Positions 1-9,304 of a stretch of DNA of 64,000 nucleotides are shown one piece after another. Position 1 is the stretch's first letter. The number at the start of each line of letters is the position of its first letter. Below the pieces are notes generated by a model, which saw nothing but the letters and a program-made list of their open reading frames with translations, was not told the DNA's origin and ran no database searches. Made by a program: the position numbers and the translations under genes. This DNA comes from Acidimicrobiia bacterium. Lineage in GTDB: Bacteria > Actinomycetota > Acidimicrobiia > Spongiisociales > ZC4RG35. The stretch is taken from assembly GCA_035292685.1 (NCBI GenBank), contig DATDPP010000079.1, positions 102,300 through 166,299 of the forward strand, written 5' to 3'.

Positions 1-2
1 TC

Positions 3-356
3 CACACCTGGAGGAGCCGGTTCGACATGGAGTTCGAGGTCACCGTCGATCGATCCGATGAAACCTGGCATGGCGATGTCGGTGTCGTCACCGGCTTGCT
101 CCCCCGGGTCTCCTTTGATCCGACCAGGACGGTCGCCATGCTTTGCGGGCCCGAGATCATGATGAAAGTGGTTGCCAACGAGGTGACGAAGCGCGGGGTG
201 GCGCCCGAGAACATCTACGTGAGCGTGGAGCGCAACATGAAATGTGCCATCGGGTTCTGCGGTCACTGTCAGTTCGGTGCAGACTTCATGTGTCGCAACG
301 GCCCGGTGCTCCCCTATTCACGGCTGGGCGACCGTCTGCGGGTGCCGGAGCTATGA
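3..356 (+). CDS. NiFe hydrogenase gamma/diaphorase-type subunit (PyrK-like FAD/NAD(P) oxidoreductase), C-terminal fragment; 5' end lies outside the window
   Basis: The frame is open from the window edge. The C-terminal Cys cluster [18 protein letters not shown] is typical of the 2Fe-2S site in PyrK/sulfhydrogenase-gamma proteins. The stop overlaps the next start (ATGA). Confidence 0.75.
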   Translation, partial: HTWRSRFDMEFEVTVDRSDETWHGDVGVVTGLLPRVSFDPTRTVAMLCGPEIMMKVVANEVTKRGVAPENIYVSVERNMKCAIGFCGHCQFGADFMCRNGPVLPYSRLGDRLRVPEL

Positions 357-1129
357 CCACCTCACGCCAGAAGCTGGCCGTCTGGAAGTTTGCCTCATGC
401 GACGGGTGTCAGTTGACGCTCCTCGACGCCGAGGATCATCTCCTGGACATCGCCGGCGCCATCGACATCGCTTACTTCCCCGAGGCCACCCGCGGCGAGG
501 TCGAAGGGCCGTATGACCTCTCACTGGTGGAAGGCTCCATCACGACTCCTCATGACGCCGAGAGGATCGCCATGGTCAGGGCGACATCGAGGACTGTTGT
601 GACCATCGGGGCGTGCGCCACCGCAGGGGGAATTCAGGCCCTCCGGAACTGGGCGAACGTCGACGAGTTCCTGACCATCGTCTACGCACAACCCCAATAC
701 ATCGAGACGCTCACAACATCGACTCCCATCTCCGACCACATCGATGTCGACTTCGAGCTTCGAGGTTGCCCCATCTCCAAGCATCAGCTGCTGGAGGTGA
801 TCGACGCCTTCCTTCATCGGCGTGCGCCCAACATCCCACGACACAGCGTCTGTGTGGAATGCAAGCTGCGCGGCACCAACTGTGTCATGGTGGCCCAGCA
901 GATACCCTGCATGGGGCCGATCACCCAGGCCGGATGCGGCGCCATCTGCCCCGCATACGACCGTGGCTGCTATGGCTGTTTCGGGCCATCCCAGTCGCCG
1001 AATATCGATTCTCTGGCGTCGTGGTTTGCGCAACTCGGGGTCTCCGACGGCGACCTGGTTCGGGCGCTGCGCACCTTCAACGGCTATGCCCCCGAGTTCC
1101 GAGAGGCGAGCGAGGCCTATGAGCGTTGA
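353..1129 (+). CDS. NiFe hydrogenase small (delta) subunit, NuoB-like, cytosolic type without TAT signal
   Basis: N-terminus [19 protein letters not shown] and further Cys motifs ([33 protein letters not shown]). ATG 353 sits in the same frame as the longer ORF 143..1129 and overlaps the upstream stop. Confidence 0.85.
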   Translation: MTTSRQKLAVWKFASCDGCQLTLLDAEDHLLDIAGAIDIAYFPEATRGEVEGPYDLSLVEGSITTPHDAERIAMVRATSRTVVTIGACATAGGIQALRNWANVDEFLTIVYAQPQYIETLTTSTPISDHIDVDFELRGCPISKHQLLEVIDAFLHRRAPNIPRHSVCVECKLRGTNCVMVAQQIPCMGPITQAGCGAICPAYDRGCYGCFGPSQSPNIDSLASWFAQLGVSDGDLVRALRTFNGYAPEFREASEAYER

Positions 1130-2411
1130 ACGCGAGATCGCCGTCGACTACCTGGCCCGGGTGGAGGGGGAGGGGGCGATGTATCTCAAGCTGAAGGGGG
1201 ACGAGGTGATCGACCTCAGATTCAAGATCTTCGAGCCGCCGCGGTTCTTCGAAGCGTTCCTGCGCGGTCGCCGGTTCTCCGAGGCGCCCGATATCACCGC
1301 CCGCATATGCGGCATATGCCCCATCGCCTATCAGACCAGCGCCTGCAATGCGATGGAATCCGCCGCCGGTGTCCGGCTGCCGGGCCCGCTTCGTGCCCTG
1401 CGCCGGCTGATCTATTGCGGCGAGTGGATCGAGAGCCATGCCCTCCACGTTTTCTTCCTCCACGCCCCTGACTTCCTGGGATATGAGAGCGCCATCCGGA
1501 TGGCCGCCGACTTTCCGGAGCAGGTGCAGATGGGTCTCCGGCTCAAGAAGATCGGCAATCAGATCATGGCCCTCGTGGGGGGCCGGGAGATCCACCCGAT
1601 CAACATCCGGGTTGGCGGCTTCTTCCGGGTCCCCACCAAGCAGGAGTTGCGGTCCCTGGTGCCAGACCTGGAGTGGGCCCTGGAGGCTGCGCTGGCCACG
1701 ACCAGATGGGTATCTGGATTCCCCTTCCCCGAGTTCGAGCGGGACTACGAGTTCGTGGCCCTTCAGCACCCCGACGAGTACGCCATCCATGAGGGCCGCA
1801 TTGCGTCGAACCGAGGCCTGAACATCAGCGTCGACGAGTGGGGCGAGTACTTCGAGGAGAGTCAAGTCTCCTGGTCCAACGCCCTCCACGCCCGTCGCAA
1901 GAACGGAGGCTCCTATCACCTGGGGCCGATGGCCCGCTATTCGCTGAATTCCGAGCAGCTCACCCCTGTGGCCCGAGGCGCCGCCGGGGAGGCCGGGCTC
2001 GGTTCCAGGTGTGGCAACCCCTTCCGGAGCATCATCATCAGAGCCGTTGAGATCGCATTCGCCTGTGAGGAAGCGCTCCGCTTGATCGACGCCTACACCC
2101 AACCCGAGGCCCCCTACGTCGAGGTCGAGCCGCGGAATGCTGTGGGTCATGGCGCCTCGGAAGCCCCCCGGGGAACTCTGTACCACCGCTACGCGATCGA
2201 CTCCGAAGCGCTCATCACCGAGGCCCACATCGTGCCCCCTACCTCACAGAATCAGCTGAGTATCGAAGACGACCTTCGCGCCTACGTTCCGGGACGCGCC
2301 CATCTGCCGGATGATCAGCTTCAGTGGCAGCTGGAACAGGCGATCCGCTGTTATGACCCCTGTATCTCCTGCGCCACTCACTTCCTCGACCTCACCGTGG
2401 ACCGGGAATGA
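1119..2411 (+). CDS. NiFe hydrogenase large (alpha) subunit, group 3b-like
   Basis: N-terminal [10 protein letters not shown] and C-terminal DPCISCATH nickel-binding motifs. Start ATG 1119 ([19 protein letters not shown]) lies inside ORF 822..2411 and overlaps the small-subunit gene end. Confidence 0.9.
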   Translation: MSVEREIAVDYLARVEGEGAMYLKLKGDEVIDLRFKIFEPPRFFEAFLRGRRFSEAPDITARICGICPIAYQTSACNAMESAAGVRLPGPLRALRRLIYCGEWIESHALHVFFLHAPDFLGYESAIRMAADFPEQVQMGLRLKKIGNQIMALVGGREIHPINIRVGGFFRVPTKQELRSLVPDLEWALEAALATTRWVSGFPFPEFERDYEFVALQHPDEYAIHEGRIASNRGLNISVDEWGEYFEESQVSWSNALHARRKNGGSYHLGPMARYSLNSEQLTPVARGAAGEAGLGSRCGNPFRSIIIRAVEIAFACEEALRLIDAYTQPEAPYVEVEPRNAVGHGASEAPRGTLYHRYAIDSEALITEAHIVPPTSQNQLSIEDDLRAYVPGRAHLPDDQLQWQLEQAIRCYDPCISCATHFLDLTVDRE

Positions 2412-2833
2412 GACGGGTCATGATCGGGGTCGGGAACCCGACGCGTGGTGACGATGCCGCCGGCCTCGAGGTCGCCCGCAGAGTGCGCTCGGTGGAGACT
2501 CACCAGCAATCCAGCGGCTCATACGAGCTGATGGATGTCTGGGAGGGAGCGGACGAGGTGATCATCGTCGACGCAGCAAGGTCTGGTGCCCCTGCCGGGA
2601 CGATCCACCGTTTCGACGCCCATGATGAGCCCCTTCCCGGAGGGATCCTGGCGACCAGCACCCACTCGGTGGGGGTGATGGAGACAATCGAGATGGCCCG
2701 GCACCTGGGACGTCTGCCCGAGCGGGTCGTGGTGTACGGAATCGAGGTCTCGAGCTTGACACCAGGCGCAGGCCTCTCAACCGTGGTCGAAGACGCAGTG
2801 AGTGAGCTGGTGATGGAGATCGATCGTGCATGA
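2408..2833 (+). CDS. hydrogenase maturation endopeptidase (HycI/HoxW family)
   Basis: MIGVGNPTRGDDAAGLEVA N-terminus and about 140 aa length. The start overlaps the large-subunit stop. Confidence 0.85.
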   Translation: MRRVMIGVGNPTRGDDAAGLEVARRVRSVETHQQSSGSYELMDVWEGADEVIIVDAARSGAPAGTIHRFDAHDEPLPGGILATSTHSVGVMETIEMARHLGRLPERVVVYGIEVSSLTPGAGLSTVVEDAVSELVMEIDRA

Positions 2834-3086
2834 GAGGGGCATAGTGCCCGACCTCATGGGGCGGGTCGAGGAAGAGGTCGATGGGGCCCAGGCACCCGTC
2901 ACGAGTCTGAGGTTTCGAGTGGGGGCGTTGTCCGGGATCCACCCCGAATCGCTGAGGGAAGACGCCGTTCGCTACGCCTTGGAGAAGTGGGGTTATTCGC
3001 CAAACGTGGAAGTCGAACAGTCGGTGGATCCCACCGACCCCAATGCACTCGGCGTGCTCCTAGTCTCGATCGGGCTCGAGAGCTGA
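2826..3086 (+). CDS. hypA: HypA-like nickel metallochaperone lacking the zinc-finger domain
   Basis: A GTG start gives an M-H-E N-terminus (the HypA Ni-binding motif). The HypA-like core reads LRFRVGALSGIHPESL. The protein is only 86 aa and has no CxxC...CxxC pair. Confidence 0.6.
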   Translation: MHERGIVPDLMGRVEEEVDGAQAPVTSLRFRVGALSGIHPESLREDAVRYALEKWGYSPNVEVEQSVDPTDPNALGVLLVSIGLES

Positions 3087-3089
3087 AAA

Positions 3090-3320
3090 ATGTGTGTCGC
3101 CATCCCAGGCCGAGTCGTCCGCATCGGAGAGTTGAGCACGACCTCGATCCCGGGCAGGGTGTCGATCATTGGCACGGAACGGGACGTCGACCTGGTCATG
3201 GTCCCCGATGCCATGGTCGGGGATTACGTGCTGGTCCACTCGGGGTACGCCATCAAAGTCATCCCCAAGGAGCGAGCCGTCGAAACCTTGGTGCTGCTCG
3301 GGATCGACGCAGCCGACTGA
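3090..3320 (+). CDS. hypC: hydrogenase assembly chaperone HypC/HupF
   Basis: MCVAIPGRVV N-terminus with the essential Cys2; 76 aa. Confidence 0.85.
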   Translation: MCVAIPGRVVRIGELSTTSIPGRVSIIGTERDVDLVMVPDAMVGDYVLVHSGYAIKVIPKERAVETLVLLGIDAAD

Positions 3321-3807
3321 ACAGCGCGGGGCGAGCCCACACGTAACAACCCGCGTTGACCTCCCAGCGCGCCAACTCTCCGAGCAGGAACGCAGGCCCG
3401 CCAGCTCCTCCAGGGTGGAGGCGTGACCGATCCCACCCGGTGCTCGTCGTCATTTCCGCAGGCGGAAACCCCCGGCGACGCCTTGCCTGCAGGTCGCGGT
3501 TGGCGATCGGTCGACACGGTCCGTCGCTCGCCACCCAATCAGTCGGGGAGTGCGTCCACCGGCGTGGAGGGCTTGTCTCGCAGTCGTCGGATCAACGGCC
3601 GTTCGGCGCGGCCCGGCTACCCAGCACGGGATGAGAGGCTGGGTGGCCGCCGAGGCGACCGGCGTTGCCACGGGGTGCAGCCGATGCCATGTCCCATTGG
3701 AAAGAAAACCGGCCAGAAGTCCCAATCTTGCCGACGAACGGCCCTAGGGGGAAAGAGCCTTGTACTGCAAGGTTGCGGATGGCAGCACGGATAGGAGGAA
3801 TGTCACG

Positions 3808-6405
3808 GTGGTCCCCGTATCGCGAAGGGCGTTTCTCAAGGGAACGGCAGTGGTCGGCGGTACCCTTGCCGCCTCCCGATTCCTGTTTGAGACCCTTGAC
3901 GCCGTAGCTGGGGCCGATGCCCTGGCCCTGGCGCCGTTCGAGGACCGGGTGTTCACCACGTGCTGGATCGGCAAACAGGACTGCGGAATGACCGCCCGTC
4001 GCATCGATGGGAGGGTGGTCAAGTTCGAAGGGATGGCGGGTCATCCCCGGAATGACGGGACGCTCTGTCCCAAGGGACAGGCGCAAATCATCTCCATCTA
4101 TGACCCGAATCGGGTCAAGACCCCGTTGATCCGGACCAACGCCAAAGGTGTGAGTGGAGAGTGGCGACAGGCATCCTGGGACGAGGCGCTTCAAGTGGTG
4201 GCCGATGAGGTGAATCGGGTTCGGGCCGAGGATCCGTCGCTGGTGTTGTGGCAGAAGGGGAGGTCCAAGTCGGAAGCCATATACGACAACGCGTTCACCA
4301 AGGCAATCGGCTCGTCAAAACTGGGGCACGGCGCGTATTGCTCGGACACCGGGTATCGAGCCCTCGAGTACACGCTCGGCCTCCATGGGGTGCTCAACCC
4401 TGAGCTGGTCCACAACCGCTATCTGCTGGCCTGGGGATGGAACCTCACCAATGCCGGCGGTAACAAGTACTGCTGGATCGTCTGGCCCCGTCAGATGCTC
4501 GAAGCGCGCGAAAAGGGCCTCAAGATCGTTCACATCGATCCCCGTCTGCGGGCGGCGGGCCCATTTGCTGACCAGTGGGTCCCACTGAGACCGTCCACCG
4601 ACCTCGCCTTGGCTCTGTCCCTGTGTCATGAGCTGATCGCGCAGGGATACCTGGACCGTCCCTATCTGACCAAATACACCAACGCCCCCTATCTCGTGGG
4701 CAAGGACGGTCTCATACTCAAACAGACGGTGGGCGAGGGCGACGATGCCGAAGAGGTCGCCCTGGTATGGGACCTGGCGACCGGCACCGGCAGGCTCGCC
4801 ACCGAAGCAACCGAGCCGGCCCTCGAAGGCGAGTACACCGTCAACGGTCAAACCTACAAGACGGCCTTCGAGCTGTTCAAGACCCATGTCGAGGACTACA
4901 CCCCGGAGTGGGCCGCGGACATCTGCGGTATCGAAGCCACTGTGATCAGCCAGATCGCATCGGAGTTCGGCGAGAACGCCCAGATCGGGGCCACGACCGT
5001 CATCGACGGAATCGAGGTGCCCTACCGGCCGGTGGGGATCATGGCCTACCACATGGCACAACAAGAACTGGGGTTTCAGGCCCTTCGGGCAATGACGATG
5101 GTCACGATGTTGGTCGGCGCGGTGGGGGCGGTCGGGGGGCAGTTGGCCGACACCACTTGGAAGATCCACAAGAACTATGCCGCCTTCGAGGAGCTGACGG
5201 TCAACGACCCGCCGTACGACTTCACACTGAAGGGATCAAGGTACTTCCCGATAAACACGGGGTTCCCGGGGATGGTCGCCAAGGTGATGCAGGACCCGGC
5301 GAGATACGGGGTCGAGAAACTTCCCAAGGTTGCGATCCTCCACCACGTCAACCCGGTTCTCGCCTTCACCTCCCAGCCGGACTTCCTCGAGTCCTACAAG
5401 AAGTTCGAGCACGTGACCGTGATCAGCCCGTGGATGTCGGAGACTGCGGATCTGTTCGCCGACGTGGTCCTGCCCGCGTCGACCATCGAGAAGTTCGAAG
5501 GCCCGCTCTCGGCAAGCGACGGTTACATCGATGCCCAGGTGCTCCGCTTGCCGCCCATGGACCCCCTCTTCGAGTCGCGAGGCGAGGTCGACATATATCT
5601 CGATCTGGCGGAACATATCGGAGTCCTCAACGGCGCAGATGGCTACATCGATCAGATCAACGTCGCGCTCGGGCTGGTCGACACACCGTTCGCTCTTCCC
5701 GACGGGCCCAGACCCGAGGTGCGAGACATCTTCGATCGGTGGGCGAAGTCCCAAGGGCTGAGCGGGATCGACCACTTCGAGCAAAACGGCATTTGGGTCA
5801 AGGGACTGATCCCACCCACCTCGACCTACGGCTACGTGACCGACCCGCCTTTCGGCGGGGCAGTGCACCGGCTCTATGGGGAGAGCCTGCTCAAGGCGCA
5901 GCGGCTCATGCAGGAAAAGGGCGCTGAGGAGATCTATTACCAGGATTATCTGCCCTTCCCAACCTGGCGAAGCCCAACCATGGACAGCTCGCCGCCGGAG
6001 TACGAGTTCTATCTGATCAGCTACAAGCTGGTCGAGCACAAACAGTCGAGAACCACTCTGATCCCCCTGCTCACCGAGTTGAGCGGGAAGCAGCGGATCG
6101 AGATCAACACCGCAACCGCCCGCCGGCTGGGCATATCCGATGGCGACGAGGTGGTGGTCGACTCCCACAATGCCATCACCGGCGAGACGCGGTCGCTCAC
6201 CACGGTGGCTGCCCTGACCGAAGGGATCCGCCCAGACGTGGTGGGAATGCCGCATCACTTCGGCTCCTGGTCCCACCCGGCCAGCCGTGATCTTGGCCCA
6301 ACGCCCAACGAGGTGTTCTTCACCGGTGAGGGGTACATGGGTCAAACCGCCGACGCCTCCTTCCAGGTCAAGGTCAAGATCTCGAAAGCCGGAGGTGACT
6401 CGTGA
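3808..6405 (+). CDS. TAT-exported molybdopterin (bis-MGD) oxidoreductase catalytic subunit, Psr/Phs/Ttr-like; substrate unknown
   Basis: GTG 3808 sits 9 nt after AGGAGG (3793-3798) and gives MVPVSRRAFLKGTAVVGG, a twin-arginine signal. MopB-type core with GRVVKFEGMAGHPRNDGTLCPKG and a candidate Mo-ligand Cys in GHGAYCSDTG. The longer ORF starts at TTG 3760. Confidence 0.85.
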   Translation: MVPVSRRAFLKGTAVVGGTLAASRFLFETLDAVAGADALALAPFEDRVFTTCWIGKQDCGMTARRIDGRVVKFEGMAGHPRNDGTLCPKGQAQIISIYDPNRVKTPLIRTNAKGVSGEWRQASWDEALQVVADEVNRVRAEDPSLVLWQKGRSKSEAIYDNAFTKAIGSSKLGHGAYCSDTGYRALEYTLGLHGVLNPELVHNRYLLAWGWNLTNAGGNKYCWIVWPRQMLEAREKGLKIVHIDPRLRAAGPFADQWVPLRPSTDLALALSLCHELIAQGYLDRPYLTKYTNAPYLVGKDGLILKQTVGEGDDAEEVALVWDLATGTGRLATEATEPALEGEYTVNGQTYKTAFELFKTHVEDYTPEWAADICGIEATVISQIASEFGENAQIGATTVIDGIEVPYRPVGIMAYHMAQQELGFQALRAMTMVTMLVGAVGAVGGQLADTTWKIHKNYAAFEELTVNDPPYDFTLKGSRYFPINTGFPGMVAKVMQDPARYGVEKLPKVAILHHVNPVLAFTSQPDFLESYKKFEHVTVISPWMSETADLFADVVLPASTIEKFEGPLSASDGYIDAQVLRLPPMDPLFESRGEVDIYLDLAEHIGVLNGADGYIDQINVALGLVDTPFALPDGPRPEVRDIFDRWAKSQGLSGIDHFEQNGIWVKGLIPPTSTYGYVTDPPFGGAVHRLYGESLLKAQRLMQEKGAEEIYYQDYLPFPTWRSPTMDSSPPEYEFYLISYKLVEHKQSRTTLIPLLTELSGKQRIEINTATARRLGISDGDEVVVDSHNAITGETRSLTTVAALTEGIRPDVVGMPHHFGSWSHPASRDLGPTPNEVFFTGEGYMGQTADASFQVKVKISKAGGDS

Positions 6406-7148
6406 CCCGGTATGTGATGGCGGTAGACCTGAACCGCTGCCAGGGGTGCCGGGCGTGTGTCGAAGCCTGCAAAATCGAGAACAACACGCCCAGTGCAGTC
6501 TTCTGGATGCATGTCTTCCGGCTCGAAGAGGGCGAGTACCCGGACACCAAGATGTCCTTTCTCCCCCGGCCCTGCCAGCACTGCAACAACGCACCCTGTG
6601 TCAAGGTGTGCCCGGTGGGGGCGCGCTACAAACGCGAGGACGGGCTAGTGCTCACCGACTTCGATCGGTGCATCGGTTGTCGCTACTGCGAGGTGGCCTG
6701 TCCGTACGGGGTCAACTTCTTCAACTGGCGGAATCCCGACGAGGCCTGGGACGAGTACCAGGTGCCGTTCGACGACCCCGACCTGATGCCGGTGACCGGT
6801 GGCGTCATCCCCTCCTACAAGAACCCCGACCATGATCGTCTCCACGGCCCCGAGCAACGTCTCACCTCGGGAAGTGCCCACTTCAAAGGGGTCATGGAGA
6901 AATGCACGTTCTGCGTGCACCGGGTTGAGCAGGGTCTGCTCCCGGCCTGCGTCGACACCTGCCCTGTCGGTGCGCTCAAGTTCGGCGACATCGAAGACGA
7001 GGGCAGCCCGATCTCGACATTCTTGCGCAACAAGGAGAGCTTCCAACTTCTCGAAGAGCTGGGCACCGACCCAAGCGTCGTCTATGTAGGCGGCACACCT
7101 CCCACCAGCCACGCCCGCGAGATCGAACGACCCCTGACCGGAGTATGA
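6402..7148 (+). CDS. 4Fe-4S ferredoxin-type electron-transfer subunit (PsrB/DmsB/HybA-like)
   Basis: Four Cys clusters: CQGCRACVEACK, CQHCNNAPCVKVCP, CIGCRYCEVACP, CTFCVHR...CVDTCP. The start overlaps the catalytic-subunit stop. Confidence 0.9.
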   Translation: MTRYVMAVDLNRCQGCRACVEACKIENNTPSAVFWMHVFRLEEGEYPDTKMSFLPRPCQHCNNAPCVKVCPVGARYKREDGLVLTDFDRCIGCRYCEVACPYGVNFFNWRNPDEAWDEYQVPFDDPDLMPVTGGVIPSYKNPDHDRLHGPEQRLTSGSAHFKGVMEKCTFCVHRVEQGLLPACVDTCPVGALKFGDIEDEGSPISTFLRNKESFQLLEELGTDPSVVYVGGTPPTSHAREIERPLTGV

Positions 7149-7149
7149 C

Positions 7150-8439
7150 ATGGCAACCACGCAAGACATGGTGAGTGACCGGCTCCCCCAGGGAGTTGGT
7201 CGCTGGAGCAGGGGATGGTTGCTGTTCATGGCGCTCGCCGCCATTGGGGTCGCCATCGGTGTGATCGGATGGGCAATCGAGCATGACCAGGGCATGGCCG
7301 CAACCGGGATGCGCGATCTGGGAACGATGGGCGGCGCCACTTGGGGCGTCTACATCTCCATGGTCGTCTACTTCGTCGGCGTCAGCTTCGCCGGCATAAC
7401 CGTGGCCGCACTGATTCGCCTCTTCAACCTGGAGCATTTGAAAGGGGTCGCCAGGATGGCCGAGCTTCTGACCGTGGTGGCGCTGCTTCTCGGCGCTCTT
7501 GCCATCGTGGTCGACCTCGGACAACCTCTCAGGGGGCTGGTCAACCTGTTTCGTTATGCCAGGCCCCAGTCCCCGTTCTTCGGCACCTTCAGCCTGGTGG
7601 TGTCCGGCTACCTGTTCTCCAGCCTCGTCTACCTCTATCTGACTTCACGACCCGATGCCGCCCGGCTCGCGGAGAGCCCCTCGCGTCTACAGCCCCTCTA
7701 CCGACTGTGGGCGGCGGGATACGAACCCACGGTCGATCAGCGGGCCCGTGACCGCAAAGCCACCTTCTGGCTAGCCTTGGCCATACTGCCGCTGCTCATC
7801 GTTGCCCACTCCTCACTCGGGTTCGTCTTCGGTCTCCAAGTTGGTCGTCCTGGGTGGTTTGGAACCCTGCAGGCTCCGGCGTTCGTGGTACTGGCCGGAG
7901 TCTCGGGCATCGGCCATCTCATCGTGCTCGCCGCGTTGGTGCGCCGCGTGCTCCGCCAGGAGCACCGAATCGGGATCGAGGCGTTCACCTGGCTCGGTCG
8001 ATTCCTCATGCTGCTGCTCTTCGTGTATCTGTACTTCGTGGTGGTGGAGATCTTCACCAGCATCTATCAGCCCACCACGACCGAGCAACGCATCAGCGAT
8101 GCACTGCTCACCGGGAGGTATGCGTGGATCTTCTGGGGGTCGGTCGCCGCCCTGGTGCTGCCAGCCTTCGGGCTGGCTTGGATGGCCGTCACCAGGAAAT
8201 GGCGAATCGGTTGGATGGTGATTATGGGTCTGATCGTCAATCTGGGGGCAATAGGAAAGCGCTACCTCGTCGTTGTCCCGTCCGAGACCCATGGACAGCT
8301 TCTGCCCTACCCGATCGGGACTTACGCCCCCAGCCTGGTCGAGTACGCAGTGCTCATTGGCCTGTTCTCACTGGGCGCCTTGCTCATCGGGGGGTTCATG
8401 AAGCTGTTCCCGATCGTCGAAATGGAGGAGACGCCGTGA
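7150..8439 (+). CDS. NrfD/PsrC-family polytopic membrane quinol-interacting subunit
   Basis: 429 aa of hydrophobic helices. Position and order after the Mo and FeS subunits are typical of CISM complexes. Confidence 0.85.
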   Translation: MATTQDMVSDRLPQGVGRWSRGWLLFMALAAIGVAIGVIGWAIEHDQGMAATGMRDLGTMGGATWGVYISMVVYFVGVSFAGITVAALIRLFNLEHLKGVARMAELLTVVALLLGALAIVVDLGQPLRGLVNLFRYARPQSPFFGTFSLVVSGYLFSSLVYLYLTSRPDAARLAESPSRLQPLYRLWAAGYEPTVDQRARDRKATFWLALAILPLLIVAHSSLGFVFGLQVGRPGWFGTLQAPAFVVLAGVSGIGHLIVLAALVRRVLRQEHRIGIEAFTWLGRFLMLLLFVYLYFVVVEIFTSIYQPTTTEQRISDALLTGRYAWIFWGSVAALVLPAFGLAWMAVTRKWRIGWMVIMGLIVNLGAIGKRYLVVVPSETHGQLLPYPIGTYAPSLVEYAVLIGLFSLGALLIGGFMKLFPIVEMEETP

Positions 8440-8651
8440 CCAGACGTTCGATCATCACGGCCGCCATGATCATCCTCGGTGCGGGTCTCATGGTGTTCGC
8501 GTACTTCGCCGGCGCCGCCCCCTGGTGCAACAACGCGGTCGAGTGCAGCAACCCCCGTCTGGAATGGTCACCGGCCATCTTCGTGGCCGGCGTGGTGATC
8601 GCCTTTTCCTCTGCCCTCTACTACTCGGTCGCCAAGGACCGGAGGAAGTGA
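8436..8651 (+). CDS. small two-helix membrane protein; possible extra subunit of the Mo-enzyme complex
   Basis: GTG 8436 overlaps the nrfD-like stop (GTGA). The 71-aa product has two hydrophobic stretches and CNNAVEC. It is translationally coupled on both sides. Confidence 0.5.
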   Translation: MTRRSIITAAMIILGAGLMVFAYFAGAAPWCNNAVECSNPRLEWSPAIFVAGVVIAFSSALYYSVAKDRRK

Positions 8652-9304
8652 GCGCAAGCGACCTGGCCCGCCTCCGGCAGGGCGCCTACAGGCTGATAGG
8701 CGCGGGTTTTGCCCCGCCCCAACCCGACCGATCGGAGTTGATCGTTGGGTCCATTCCGGTTCTGGCCGATCTCGGTCTCTTCGACTACTCCTTCTCTCTG
8801 TACCTCGTCGACTACGCCCGGGCTCTGGCTGCGGATGACCCGGGAGAGCTAGCCCCCGCCTACATGGCGCTGTTCGAGGTAGGTGCAGGCGGCGCAGCGT
8901 GCTCGCCCGCCGAGTCGGCTTGGCTGGCCGGCCCTAACTCCAGTGAGGTCGCGGTGATTCTCTCCGATCTCCGACGTAGCTATCTCCGCTACGGCCTGCG
9001 CCCTTCTGATTCTCGATCCGAGAGCATCGATCATGCGACGGTCGAGTTCGACGTGATGGCGTCGCTTTGTGGCATCGAGGCAGAACAGCGAGCAGCCGGG
9101 CGACCGGTCACTCGGACAGTTGGCCACCAGATCGAGTTTCTCGACAACCACCTGGGTAGATGGCTGCCCCTCCTGACCAAAGCAGTCGTGCGTCACAATG
9201 GCCATCCGACCTACACCGCGCTGGCTTTGGCCGCACATGCCTTGGTGATTCATGATCAGGAGCTTCTGGCTTTGATCGACGAGCAGGAACCGAGCTCACC
9301 ATGA
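8648..9304 (+). CDS. TorD/DmsD-family redox enzyme maturation chaperone
   Basis: GTG 8648 overlaps the upstream stop. DHATVEFDVMASL and HLGRWLP motifs resemble the TorD family. The gene sits in the Mo-enzyme operon. Confidence 0.7.
   Translation: MSASDLARLRQGAYRLIGAGFAPPQPDRSELIVGSIPVLADLGLFDYSFSLYLVDYARALAADDPGELAPAYMALFEVGAGGAACSPAESAWLAGPNSSEVAVILSDLRRSYLRYGLRPSDSRSESIDHATVEFDVMASLCGIEAEQRAAGRPVTRTVGHQIEFLDNHLGRWLPLLTKAVVRHNGHPTYTALALAAHALVIHDQELLALIDEQEPSSP

Noticed and set aside
1077-2228. 383-aa minus-strand ORF, plus similar long antisense ORFs at 5236..6594, 11149..12555, 17815..18774, 30280..31275, 53094..54152, 53984..55333 and 55129..56148
   Set aside because: Each lies opposite a gene with strong family motifs and has biased Arg/Gly/Pro composition. 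They are treated as non-coding shadows.
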